Shown: positions 16,919-25,691, counted from the stretch's first letter. The stretch: DNA of 34,228 nucleotides from Campylobacterota bacterium (GCA_022600655.1 JAHZJZ010000216.1:1-34228), one strand, 5' to 3'. The notes: generated by a model from the sequence alone, not told the origin. Numbers and translations: made by a program.

Positions 16919-17758
16919 TTAATCAGACTTCTCTTCCGTTTTCATCTTTTCATAAAAATAATTGGTCGCGTCTACAAAACCTTCAACACTTCCACAATCA
17001 AACCGTTGTCCTTTAAATTTATAGGCAAGAACCATCCCTTTTTTAGCATGATTCATCAAAGCATCCGTAATTTGAAGCTCTCCGTTTTTACCAGGTTCGG
17101 TCTCTTCAATGGTTCTAAAAATATCAGGGGTGAGTATGTATCGACCAATAATCGCTAAATTTGATGGAGCCTCTTCGGGGTCTGGTTTTTCAACCATATT
17201 TGAGACTATAAAGACATCATCCTCTATCTCTCTTCCATCAATTACTCCATATTTGTAGGTCTCCTCTTTAGGCACTTCTTGAATCGCAACCACACAACAC
17301 TTATATCGGTCATAAATTTTGACCATTTGTGCCATTACATTATCTCCTTCGTCATTGGAACATAAATCATCTGCTAAAATCACGCCAAAAGGCTCATTAC
17401 CAATCAAGGGTTCACCTTTTAAAATGGCGTGACCTAGACCCAACATCTCTGTTTGTCGCGTAAAGGTAAAGGTACATTTCTCCATAACATCTCTGGTTGT
17501 TCTGAGTAACTTCTCTTTGGAAGTTCCTTTAATTTGATGCTCCAATTCATAAGAGATATCAAAATGCTCTACCAAAGCTCTTTTTCCACGACCTGTAATA
17601 ATCGCCATAATATCCATACCTGCATCACTTGCCTCCTCTACCCCATACTGTATGAGTGGTTTGGTTAAAATCGGTAACATCTCTTTAGGTGTGGCTTTGG
17701 TCACAGGTAAAAATCTTGTCCCATAACCTGCAGCAGGGAATAAACACTTCTTAATCAT
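16919..17758 (-). CDS. galU: UTP--glucose-1-phosphate uridylyltransferase
   Basis: FPAAGYGTRFLP.TKA.PKEMLP, GLGHAI, VEKP, GELQITDA. Confidence 0.95.
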   Translation of the reverse strand: MIKKCLFPAAGYGTRFLPVTKATPKEMLPILTKPLIQYGVEEASDAGMDIMAIITGRGKRALVEHFDISYELEHQIKGTSKEKLLRTTRDVMEKCTFTFTRQTEMLGLGHAILKGEPLIGNEPFGVILADDLCSNDEGDNVMAQMVKIYDRYKCCVVAIQEVPKEETYKYGVIDGREIEDDVFIVSNMVEKPDPEEAPSNLAIIGRYILTPDIFRTIEETEPGKNGELQITDALMNHAKKGMVLAYKFKGQRFDCGSVEGFVDATNYFYEKMKTEEKSD

Positions 17759-17785
17759 CTCTTTTCCTTTTTAATTTAGTTTATT

Positions 17786-17865
17786 TCTTGCAAAACTCTT
17801 TGGAATCGGAGACTTTAGTCCCGAACATTACGAGGCTAAAGCCATCGGTTCCTAGTTTTGCAAGA
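17786..17865. repeat. REPIN-like inverted doublet of REP-like hairpins
   Basis: Outer 12-bp inverted repeat TCTTGCAAAACT/AGTTTTGCAAGA encloses GGAATCGGAGACTTTAGTCCCG and, inverted, GGAACCGATGGCTTTAGCCTCG. Confidence 0.75.
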
Positions 17866-19600
17866 TATTTAGTTTTTTCAACCATAAAATATCATAAGGT
17901 TGCATGGTAAATAGTGCTTTGTCAAAAACTTGATGTGAGATAATATCCCTTAACGGTTCATCCACATACGAGGAGAGATCTACCTCAACCTCTTCATTTC
18001 TAAAGTTGTGTAGAGCGACAATATATTCGCTCCCCTCTTTGTCATAATGTTTTACAGCAAAAATCTCTTTTGAGAGGGTTAAAAACTCAAATTTCGAGAA
18101 TGGGTCAAAACAAGGTTCATTAATACGAATAGAGATAAGCTGTTTGTAGCGTTTAAAAAGAGTTTTGCGTAAACTACCCTCCTCCTCTAACGCCTCTTTA
18201 ATGTTGTCAAAGTTTAATTTCTCTCGGTTAATGGTTCGGTTTCGTCTGGTTTTTCGTACAGCTTCATAATAACTTTGTGAACCCACCAGTGAGTGAAAGT
18301 AAATACCTGGAACCCCTGGCATCGCTAAAACCACAGCTTGTGAGAGTATCATTCTTTTCAGTCGTAGCGTGTCCTCTTCCTTGGGATCGGTTAAAATATC
18401 TATGTAACTACAATTTAGCTCATAAGGAGACTTCTCTTCACCTACCGTTCTATACGAGACCAAACCACCATGTGCTTCACAAGAGTCTACTAAAAAATTT
18501 AACTCTTTTGTATCGAGTATCTCACTCACAGCCCGTACTCCTACCCCATCATGACTGGCTGTAAAGTTAAAGAAACAGACCTTGTCGCTAGGAAGCTCTA
18601 AACTCTCTGCCCACGCTGTTAACTTCGTGGTATTCCCTTCTAAAATAGAAAATGCCAAAAGTGGTGGCAAGGCAAAGTTGTAAACCATCTGTGCCTCATC
18701 ATCCCCTTTTCCAAAGTAAGAGATATTCTCATCATGGGGGACATTGGTCTCAGTGATGATTATCACCTCAGGTGCCACAGCATGGATGACCTCACGCATC
18801 AGTTGAATCAGTTCATGGGTCTGAGGAAGATGTACACAGGTTGTTCCAATCTCTTTCCATATGAACGCAATGGCATCCAGCCTAAGCAGTGATGCTCCTT
18901 TCTCCACATAAAAGAGTAAAACATCCAACAGTTTAATCAGCACCTTATAGTTGGCATAGTTCAAATCAACTTGGTCAGCACTGAAGGTTGTCCAGATATT
19001 TCGCATTTTTCCTTCATCGTCTGTAAACTCTGTGAGTACAGGTGTGGTTCTTGGACGCACCACAGCTGTTAAATCTAAAGAGGGATCCAACTCAGTAAAG
19101 AAATTATAGTACTCAGGGTCATTGGCTAAAAACTTCTCAAACCAAGGACTGAGTTGACTCATATGATTAATCACTCCATCAAACATCAAACGGTGATTTT
19201 GACTCAAGGTTTGAATGTCTCTCCATGAACCTTTTAGAGGACAAACCCCTTTATAATCTACAATGGAAAAGCCATCATCACTGGAGTAAGGGTAAAATGG
19301 CAAAATATGCACGCTGTTAATACAATCTTGAACATACTCATCTAAAAAGCGACTCAACGTTGCCAAGGCTGTCTCACCTTCATGAAAAATCTGATCACCG
19401 TAGGTAATGAGTATGACATCTTTTTCACTCAAAACATAAGGTTGACTCAGAATCTTTTTCTGATACCCCTCAATGAGTCTGCAGACCGAATCATAAGCCA
19501 AAGAGGCATCTTCTTTATTATAAATAGAGTCAAGTGAGGCTTTAATAAGTCCCAATCTCTCTTCATTGCTGTATTGATTATACTGTTCAGTAGCTACCAT
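17852..19600 (-). CDS. GH13_18 sugar phosphorylase, probably glucosylglycerate phosphorylase
   Basis: LITYGD, HILPFYPYSSDDGF, WTTFSADQVDLN, RLDAIAFIWK, TETNVPH, ASHDG, YELN. Confidence 0.85.
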   Translation of the reverse strand: MVATEQYNQYSNEERLGLIKASLDSIYNKEDASLAYDSVCRLIEGYQKKILSQPYVLSEKDVILITYGDQIFHEGETALATLSRFLDEYVQDCINSVHILPFYPYSSDDGFSIVDYKGVCPLKGSWRDIQTLSQNHRLMFDGVINHMSQLSPWFEKFLANDPEYYNFFTELDPSLDLTAVVRPRTTPVLTEFTDDEGKMRNIWTTFSADQVDLNYANYKVLIKLLDVLLFYVEKGASLLRLDAIAFIWKEIGTTCVHLPQTHELIQLMREVIHAVAPEVIIITETNVPHDENISYFGKGDDEAQMVYNFALPPLLAFSILEGNTTKLTAWAESLELPSDKVCFFNFTASHDGVGVRAVSEILDTKELNFLVDSCEAHGGLVSYRTVGEEKSPYELNCSYIDILTDPKEEDTLRLKRMILSQAVVLAMPGVPGIYFHSLVGSQSYYEAVRKTRRNRTINREKLNFDNIKEALEEEGSLRKTLFKRYKQLISIRINEPCFDPFSKFEFLTLSKEIFAVKHYDKEGSEYIVALHNFRNEEVEVDLSSYVDEPLRDIISHQVFDKALFTMQPYDILWLKKLNILQN

Positions 19601-20824
19601 CTACTCATTATCCTTTTTAACTGTCTCAATAAATTGTTCAGAAATCTCTGGAAGTACAGAACGCAGACTAATCCAAGCCGACAGTGAGGGAACACCTAAG
19701 GGATCCGATAAAAACTCTTCACAGGCTTTGGTTAACGCTCTGTCAAAGGTCTCAACAGCTTCAATCTCTTTCTTTCTATCAAAATCCAAAGCATTAAACT
19801 TTGCCACAGCATCATATCGTGCAATGGCTTTTCGGCTCTCTTGAAAAAAGGAGGCCCTTAAGGTAATGAGTGACTCCTGCGAAAAAGTAATCCCTCGTTG
19901 AGACATCACTCTAAAAATGGTTTGTGCAATGTCTATGGACATCTTTGCCACACCACCCTCTAACTCTTGGGCTTGATTCTCTCCTGTTAACTCTTGATGT
20001 TTATGCTCATAGCTCTCCATAATCTCCGTTTGACAGATTCGTCGTACCGATGTGTTGTCATAAACCTCACTCAATGTAGAGACCTCTAAGCCCCAAGTAG
20101 GAGAGATTCTAATGCCTCGTGCAAGGGTACGAATAAAGGCAAACTCTCCAGAGAGTGCGTATCTAAAACTGTCCATATAGTCCAGATATTCACTGGCTCC
20201 ATAAGTTTTTTTCAATGCTTTGATCAAAGGAGAATAGAAAAGACGCGTTACCCTTCCATGCAGTTTATTGGTGACGCGTGAGTAGTACCCTTTGTTAAAC
20301 TCAAAATCAATGGCAGGGTGAACAATTGGGTAAAAGAGTCGTGCAGGAATTTCACGGCTATAGTTGACAATATCACAATCATGTAGGGCAAACGCATACG
20401 CATCTTTATCAGAGAGGGCATAACCCAACATCATCCAGACGTTTCGCCCTTTTCCTTTGATATTCACACTTCTAAACCCTTTATCTTCAAACTCCTGATA
20501 AAGCTTCTGAACATTGGGACCATCATTCCACAATACATCAACCCGTACATCCAAAGTAGACATAATCTTTTTAACCTTTTCAAACTCCTCTTTGGTCGCT
20601 CTGTCTAATCCTAAAATAATTTTATAGAGATACTTCACCCCTTTGAGTTCATTTAAAATGGTCTGCATGGCAGGTGTTTCAAACTCGGAGTAGAGTGCAG
20701 GTAAGAGCAACACCATATTGTGTCTATCTGCGAACTTTTCAAGCTCCTCTTCTATGCTCTCTAGTGATCGGTTTGCTACATTTTGTAGTGTTGTTATGGT
20801 TCCGTTTTGAAAAAAATCTGCCAT
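19601..20824 (-). CDS. gpgS: Glucosyl-3-phosphoglycerate synthase
   Basis: MADFFQNG.ITTL, GKGRNVW, LHDCDI, KGYYSR, GRVTRL, YALSGEF, WGLEV, YEHKHQ; clustered with the phosphatase. Confidence 0.8.
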   Translation of the reverse strand: MADFFQNGTITTLQNVANRSLESIEEELEKFADRHNMVLLLPALYSEFETPAMQTILNELKGVKYLYKIILGLDRATKEEFEKVKKIMSTLDVRVDVLWNDGPNVQKLYQEFEDKGFRSVNIKGKGRNVWMMLGYALSDKDAYAFALHDCDIVNYSREIPARLFYPIVHPAIDFEFNKGYYSRVTNKLHGRVTRLFYSPLIKALKKTYGASEYLDYMDSFRYALSGEFAFIRTLARGIRISPTWGLEVSTLSEVYDNTSVRRICQTEIMESYEHKHQELTGENQAQELEGGVAKMSIDIAQTIFRVMSQRGITFSQESLITLRASFFQESRKAIARYDAVAKFNALDFDRKKEIEAVETFDRALTKACEEFLSDPLGVPSLSAWISLRSVLPEISEQFIETVKKDNE

Positions 20825-20828
20825 TGTG

Positions 20829-21986
20829 TTACTCCTCCTTGAGTATGATTACAAAATCCATAACATTGGTTCCTGTAGCCCCAATGGTAAAGTCATAACC
20901 CAATTGTTTAAAAAACCCATAACTGTCACTATTCTTCAAATACGCTTCTGGATTTAAACCTTGTTTTTCTATTTTTTTATAAATATTAAAATCTAAAAAT
21001 GCCCCTGTTGCAGGTGAGTTTCCATCAATACCATCACTACCAGCACAGAGAATAGAGATATTCTCAGAAACTGACTCTTTTAGTAAAAGTCGAAGTGCCA
21101 ACTCTTGATTTCGTCCCCCTTGTCCATCACCGTTGACTTTGGTTGTCGTCTCTCCACCAAAAAGTAGACAAAAACGCTCATATTTTTCGTCATACTTTTG
21201 AATTTTTTTGCTAATATATTTGGAGGCTTCTTTTGAAGATTTGTTGAGTGTTGTTGTGACGATTTTGACTTTATCAACATGTTGTCCAATATATTTTTTT
21301 GCCTCTTTTAAAGCAATTTCATTGTTTCCAATAATGTGGTGAGGTATTTGACCATTCATCATGGGAGCTGAACCAATGGTTGATACATCGTCACCAATCA
21401 CATCACTAAGTACCAAAACTAGCCCTTTGGTTTTGGTATGATTCGCTAATTTTCCCCCTTTGATTTGAGAGATGGCTTTTCTGACACTATTGAGTGCTTT
21501 GATATCAATACCTGAACCCAGTAGTGCTGAGGATATTTTTTGAAAATCCTCTAAACTCAATCCATCAATAGGCTGCTCTATCATCGCCGAAGCCCCACCC
21601 GAGAGACAAAAGATAAAAAAGTCATTATCTTCCATTTGCTCCATAACTTTTATAAGTTCTTCAGCACCTTTCAGACTTTTTTTTGAAACCAGTGGATGTG
21701 TTGAGGTGTGGTGTTGTATGGTATTTTGTTCTCCTTCTTGATGAGAGATTGCTACACCTCCTTTGATGAGTTTTCCTAAAACTTTTTCACACGCTTTTGC
21801 CATACCCAGTCCAGCTTTTCCTACAGAGAAGCAGTAGAGATTATTAAAATCTTTTAAAGGATAGCTCTCGTCACATATTGTGAGATACTCTTTTTCTAAT
21901 GAGAGATTTTTAGTAATGATTGCTTCGGCTGTCACAGCATTAAGGGCTTGGCTATATATGTCTGTTATTATCTCTTTATTAGACAT
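20829..21986 (-). CDS. Glycerate kinase (DUF4147/MOFRL family)
   Basis: VGKA, LSGGASA, IKGGKLA, SDVIGDD, GGETT, GGRNQE, DGIDGNS, TGTNVMD. Confidence 0.9.
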   Translation of the reverse strand: MSNKEIITDIYSQALNAVTAEAIITKNLSLEKEYLTICDESYPLKDFNNLYCFSVGKAGLGMAKACEKVLGKLIKGGVAISHQEGEQNTIQHHTSTHPLVSKKSLKGAEELIKVMEQMEDNDFFIFCLSGGASAMIEQPIDGLSLEDFQKISSALLGSGIDIKALNSVRKAISQIKGGKLANHTKTKGLVLVLSDVIGDDVSTIGSAPMMNGQIPHHIIGNNEIALKEAKKYIGQHVDKVKIVTTTLNKSSKEASKYISKKIQKYDEKYERFCLLFGGETTTKVNGDGQGGRNQELALRLLLKESVSENISILCAGSDGIDGNSPATGAFLDFNIYKKIEKQGLNPEAYLKNSDSYGFFKQLGYDFTIGATGTNVMDFVIILKEE

Positions 21987-22773
21987 TCTTTAAAACCATC
22001 TCATTCCAACCTTCACTGCCTGAATAAGTTGACTTTTGTATATTTGGTAAATCAGTTTCAAGGTAGCTTCCATCATACTTTTGAATCAAAATAGGTACAT
22101 CGACACGCTCCAGCATAGCAGCATCATTCTGACTATCCCCTAAGGCAATAGAGCTGATTTTATCTTTATAGAAATTTTCAAAAAGTTCTATGGTCTCTAT
22201 TACAGCAATGCCCTTATCTTGCAATTCTCCCATTAAATGATAAAATCGTCCACCTTTGGTAATTTTTAACTCATAACAGTGAGCCAACTGTTGCAGTTCT
22301 TCTAATTTTGTTTCATCTTTAAGTATAAAAGGTTCAGTAAAATCACGCTGCTTGGCAAGGAGGACACTTCTCTGATTCAATCCTGTTAAGTTAGCAACTT
22401 CTACATCGGACATATCACTAAAACCTAACATAGTAAACTCTTCTCGATAGAGTCTATAAAAGTCCAAAACTTTACTATAAGGTTGACCAAAAACCATTAC
22501 TTTTTTCTCTTCATAATTTCTTAAAAAAGAAAAATCAAAACCTTGATAATCTTCAGGAATAAAGAGTGCTGCACCATTTTCAACAATAAAAGGCTCACAA
22601 ATACCAACCTTTTGTTGTAACAACTCAACCTCTGCTTTGGTTTTACTGCTGGTAAATATAAGGGGAATCTCTGCTTCTTTAATTTTTTGAAGCGACTCAA
22701 AAGAGGCTTCAAAAGAGTAGTCGTGATGGTTTAAAAAGGTGCCATCTAAATCTGTAAATATTAAACTTTTCAT
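21979..22773 (-). CDS. gpgP: Glucosyl/mannosyl-3-phosphoglycerate phosphatase (HAD IIB)
   Basis: FTDLDGTFL, SSKT.AE, PFIVENG, GGRFYHL, ALGDSQND..ML. Confidence 0.85.
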   Translation of the reverse strand: MKSLIFTDLDGTFLNHHDYSFEASFESLQKIKEAEIPLIFTSSKTKAEVELLQQKVGICEPFIVENGAALFIPEDYQGFDFSFLRNYEEKKVMVFGQPYSKVLDFYRLYREEFTMLGFSDMSDVEVANLTGLNQRSVLLAKQRDFTEPFILKDETKLEELQQLAHCYELKITKGGRFYHLMGELQDKGIAVIETIELFENFYKDKISSIALGDSQNDAAMLERVDVPILIQKYDGSYLETDLPNIQKSTYSGSEGWNEMVLKNV

Positions 22774-22779
22774 AAGAAT

Positions 22780-22788
22780 ACTATAACA
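22780..22788 (-). promoter_or_regulatory. Extended -10, probably driving a leaderless gpgP transcript
   Basis: TGTTATAGT 6 nt before the ATG; no Shine-Dalgarno. Confidence 0.55.
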
Positions 22789-22850
22789 TTATCTGTTCAT
22801 ATATAAAACAGTTTGTTGTATAATATATAAACAATGCAATAACTGCTTAT

Positions 22851-23231
22851 CTATATCACTACATCCTCATAAGCTTCACGCTGGGCAAGTGTAATCACCT
22901 CTCTAAAAGGTTTAGGTTTCTTCTCTGGTGAAAAAATTCCTTGCTTTTTATGGACACGAATCTGGTAAGTTCCCTCTTCATTCCCTCTCATATAGTACTC
23001 ATTATACTCAGCCGTATAGGGCATATCCCAGACTATCGCTCCCTCTGTTGGACAGACATCAGCACACTTAGGTACCGTACTGTCCACGCACTCGATACAC
23101 TTTTCAGGTTTTACATAGGTATACTCAGCATCCTCTATTGGTGAGTCATCAGCAGAGACAATTGCCGTAGCAGGACACTCATCAATACATGCATCACAGT
23201 TGATACAAACCTCGGTTATCATCACGGACAT
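22851..23231 (-). CDS. 2[4Fe-4S] ferredoxin (FdxN-like) with C-terminal extension
   Basis: CINCDACIDECP and CIEC-x8-CADVCP. Confidence 0.9.
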   Translation of the reverse strand: MSVMITEVCINCDACIDECPATAIVSADDSPIEDAEYTYVKPEKCIECVDSTVPKCADVCPTEGAIVWDMPYTAEYNEYYMRGNEEGTYQIRVHKKQGIFSPEKKPKPFREVITLAQREAYEDVVI

Positions 23232-23233
23232 GA

Positions 23234-23620
23234 TTAAAACTGCCCTACATTCAGATGGGCTTTTCTTGTCTCCATATCAATGTCATCTTTAAAAGTTTGA
23301 GACTTCACCGATGGAAGCATCATTCCCTTTTTCTTATGCACACGAATGTTGTACGTTCCCTCTTCATGACCTGCAGAAAAATACTCCTCGTAATCCGTAG
23401 TATATGGCATATCCCAAACAATTGCCCCTTCCGTTGGACACGCCTCTGCACATCGTGGTATGTCAGCATGTCCCACACACTCCACACAACTCTCTGGTTT
23501 AACATAATATTTTGAATCACTCGGATTCTTCTCATTGGCATCATCTAAAATAGCTGCTACAGGACACTCTAATGCACAGGCATCACAGTTGATACACTCA
23601 TCGGTTATTAATACTGACAT
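23234..23620 (-). CDS. 2[4Fe-4S] ferredoxin (FdxN-like), tandem paralog
   Basis: CINCDACALECP and CVEC-x8-CAEACP; shares CPTEGAIVWDMPYT with its neighbour. Confidence 0.9.
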   Translation of the reverse strand: MSVLITDECINCDACALECPVAAILDDANEKNPSDSKYYVKPESCVECVGHADIPRCAEACPTEGAIVWDMPYTTDYEEYFSAGHEEGTYNIRVHKKKGMMLPSVKSQTFKDDIDMETRKAHLNVGQF

Positions 23621-23658
23621 GGTTTTTCCTTCTTTTAAATTAATATACTTTTGGCACT

Positions 23659-23674
23659 TGCATATAGTGTTCCC
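23659..23674 (-). promoter_or_regulatory. Sigma54 promoter for the ferredoxin pair
   Basis: GGGAACACTATATGCA. Confidence 0.8.
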
Positions 23675-23683
23675 TTAAAGTTT

Positions 23684-23699
23684 TGGAATAGAAATTGCA
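23684..23699 (+). promoter_or_regulatory. Sigma54 promoter for the hemerythrin operon
   Basis: TGGAATAGAAATTGCA, 30 nt before the ATG. Confidence 0.8.
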
Positions 23700-23728
23700 T
23701 GATTTAAGAAAACAAGGAGACCTAATTA

Positions 23729-24133
23729 ATGATTAAAAAATTTGAAGATAAAAAGCATCTACTTAAAAATGAACTGATGGACACACTTCATCAAGAGTTT
23801 TTAGATATCTATAACAGTGTTGATTTAAACTCCACCCAAAGTATAAAAAGCAAACTAACCGAACTCTACTCACATACACAAAAACATTTTCAAGAAGAGG
23901 AGAGTTTAATGGAGAACATTGGCTATCCAACTAAAAGAGAACATAAAGAGGAACACGCCAAAGTTTTAGGAGAGATGAACTATTTCATCAATATGAACCC
24001 AACCATCTTTGGACAAAACATGATGAAAGCTTACTATATTGAAAAATTACCCTACTGGTTCGATGCCCATTTAATTAGTATGGATAGTGATTTGGTAAAT
24101 TATATAAAACATAAAAAAGAGGAGAAGAGATAA
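23729..24133 (+). CDS. Bacteriohemerythrin
   Basis: MDTLH, HFQEEE, HKEEH, WFDAHLISMD di-iron ligand pattern. Confidence 0.9.
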   Translation: MIKKFEDKKHLLKNELMDTLHQEFLDIYNSVDLNSTQSIKSKLTELYSHTQKHFQEEESLMENIGYPTKREHKEEHAKVLGEMNYFINMNPTIFGQNMMKAYYIEKLPYWFDAHLISMDSDLVNYIKHKKEEKR

Positions 24134-24612
24134 TGACTAGAGGCATACGTAAACAGAAACAAAGACTCGTAGGCAACGAAGCCCCAGCAGTCAAACTTAA
24201 AATGCTCAATGGCGAAGAGAAAATCATCGGGATGATGGCTGAAAAAGTTCAAGTAATGATAATTCTACCTTTTAGTGATAGCTTGAGTGATGCTGTTACT
24301 GATATTATTAAAAAGCACCAAGATAAAGCATTTATCTATATCATCTCGGCAAATGCTTTAGATAATGTTGTTGATGAAGCTCAAAGCTCTACTGATTTTT
24401 ATCATTTCAGCTTTAAATATGGTGTCAATGTTGATGAGACACTCTGTCACAAAGCTGTTTTTATTGTCAACAAAGATGGAGAGATAGTCTTTCGTGACCT
24501 ACTTAATGACCCTAAGGATGACTTTGATGTAAGCAGTTTAGATAAAGCCCTCGATGAAGCGATAAAATTCAAGAAAAAAGGTCACACTCATGAAGAGTGG
24601 ATGAGTGTTTAA
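24133..24612 (+). CDS. Tpx/peroxiredoxin-fold protein lacking the peroxidatic motif
   Basis: VGNEAPAV, FSFKYGV, KAVFIVNKDGEIV resemble Tpx; no PxxxTxxC. Confidence 0.7.
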   Translation: MTRGIRKQKQRLVGNEAPAVKLKMLNGEEKIIGMMAEKVQVMIILPFSDSLSDAVTDIIKKHQDKAFIYIISANALDNVVDEAQSSTDFYHFSFKYGVNVDETLCHKAVFIVNKDGEIVFRDLLNDPKDDFDVSSLDKALDEAIKFKKKGHTHEEWMSV

Positions 24613-24613
24613 G

Positions 24614-25045
24614 ATGTTGAGTCAAAATACTTTAACATGGATGATAGAAAACGACTACACTCCAGAAGAGATAAACCATGTAGGCAAACATGGCAACTCA
24701 GCCCTAATGAAAGCTGTTCGTGAAGCCAAAAGCGATATTGCTAAAGAGCTTATAGAGGCAGGAGCCATTTTAGAGACCCAAAATGTCGATGGCAACACAG
24801 CTTTGTGGAACGCCTGTTTTGGGCAAGATTTTACCTGTGTGGAGCTATTGGTTAAAGCTGGAATAGACCTTGACTCCATGAACGACAATGGTGTGACAGC
24901 CCTCATGTACTCAGCAAGTGCTGGTAAAGAGGACATGGTTAAGCTTCTTGTGGAGTTTGGAGCTGATAAAAGCTTGGAGAATCTTGATGGATTTAAAGCG
25001 ATTGATTTGGCTGTTACGCCTAGAATATACAAAATGTTAAAGTGA
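24614..25045 (+). CDS. Ankyrin repeat protein
   Basis: GNSALMKA, GNTALWNA, GVTALMYS, GFKAIDLA repeats (alternative start at 24605). Confidence 0.9.
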   Translation: MLSQNTLTWMIENDYTPEEINHVGKHGNSALMKAVREAKSDIAKELIEAGAILETQNVDGNTALWNACFGQDFTCVELLVKAGIDLDSMNDNGVTALMYSASAGKEDMVKLLVEFGADKSLENLDGFKAIDLAVTPRIYKMLK

Positions 25046-25052
25046 ATAAACC

Positions 25053-25241
25053 ATGGGAATCATAGAAGATAAAATCAAAGAGGATTTAATGCAGACCATT
25101 TTTGCTGATACGGCAAATATTTATGACTTTATAGAGAGTCGTTTTGCTTTAGAAGACGAGAAACGTAATGAACTGATTGTTAAACTTAATGAATTTAATA
25201 ATGATTTGAGTCTACTTTTAAAATCATCTAAACTCGCTTAA
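25053..25241 (+). CDS. Small hypothetical protein
   Basis: 62-aa ORF filling the operon gap, 7 nt after the previous stop. Confidence 0.65.
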   Translation: MGIIEDKIKEDLMQTIFADTANIYDFIESRFALEDEKRNELIVKLNEFNNDLSLLLKSSKLA

Positions 25242-25298
25242 ATATATTCTTAAGCACTTTCAAGTAGAATGAATGAAATTTAATAACTAAGGTATAAA

Positions 25299-25691
25299 AT
25301 GAAAATAGCAATTCCCGTAAAAGATGAAAGTTTAACATTTGTAGGCAATGCAGGACACACTCCTAAATTTGCCATCTACGACATGGTAGGAACAGGTATG
25401 TTTAGGTCATTTAAACTCAATCTTGTCATTGACAATCCAAGAAGTGACCTAGACCATGAACACGACGAAGACGACCATCAATGTAGCCACGGTCATGATG
25501 ATGCAGAACACATCGCCGAACATAACAAGATGGGTGTAGCTTTAAAAGATTGTGACTATGTAGTGGTTAAAAAAGCATGTAAAAATACAGCTAGAACCAT
25601 GAATGCTAATGGCATTAGTATTGTAAAATATGCTGGTACAGCTGCCAAAAGTGATGCGATACTTAAAGAGATGGCTATTAATTTTAAATAA
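25299..25691 (+). CDS. NifB/NifX-family protein with His/Asp-rich insert
   Basis: MKIAIPV...GHTPKFAIYD...NP...H-rich...LKDCDYVV. Confidence 0.75.
   Translation: MKIAIPVKDESLTFVGNAGHTPKFAIYDMVGTGMFRSFKLNLVIDNPRSDLDHEHDEDDHQCSHGHDDAEHIAEHNKMGVALKDCDYVVVKKACKNTARTMNANGISIVKYAGTAAKSDAILKEMAINFK

Noticed and set aside
22817-22833. TGT-N11-ACA as a NifA UAS
   Set aside because: Wrong spacing and not positioned upstream of an intact sigma54 promoter
23651-23662. TTGGCACTTGCA as a third sigma54 promoter
   Set aside because: GG to GC spacing is far shorter than the required 10 nt; it overlaps the real minus-strand promoter
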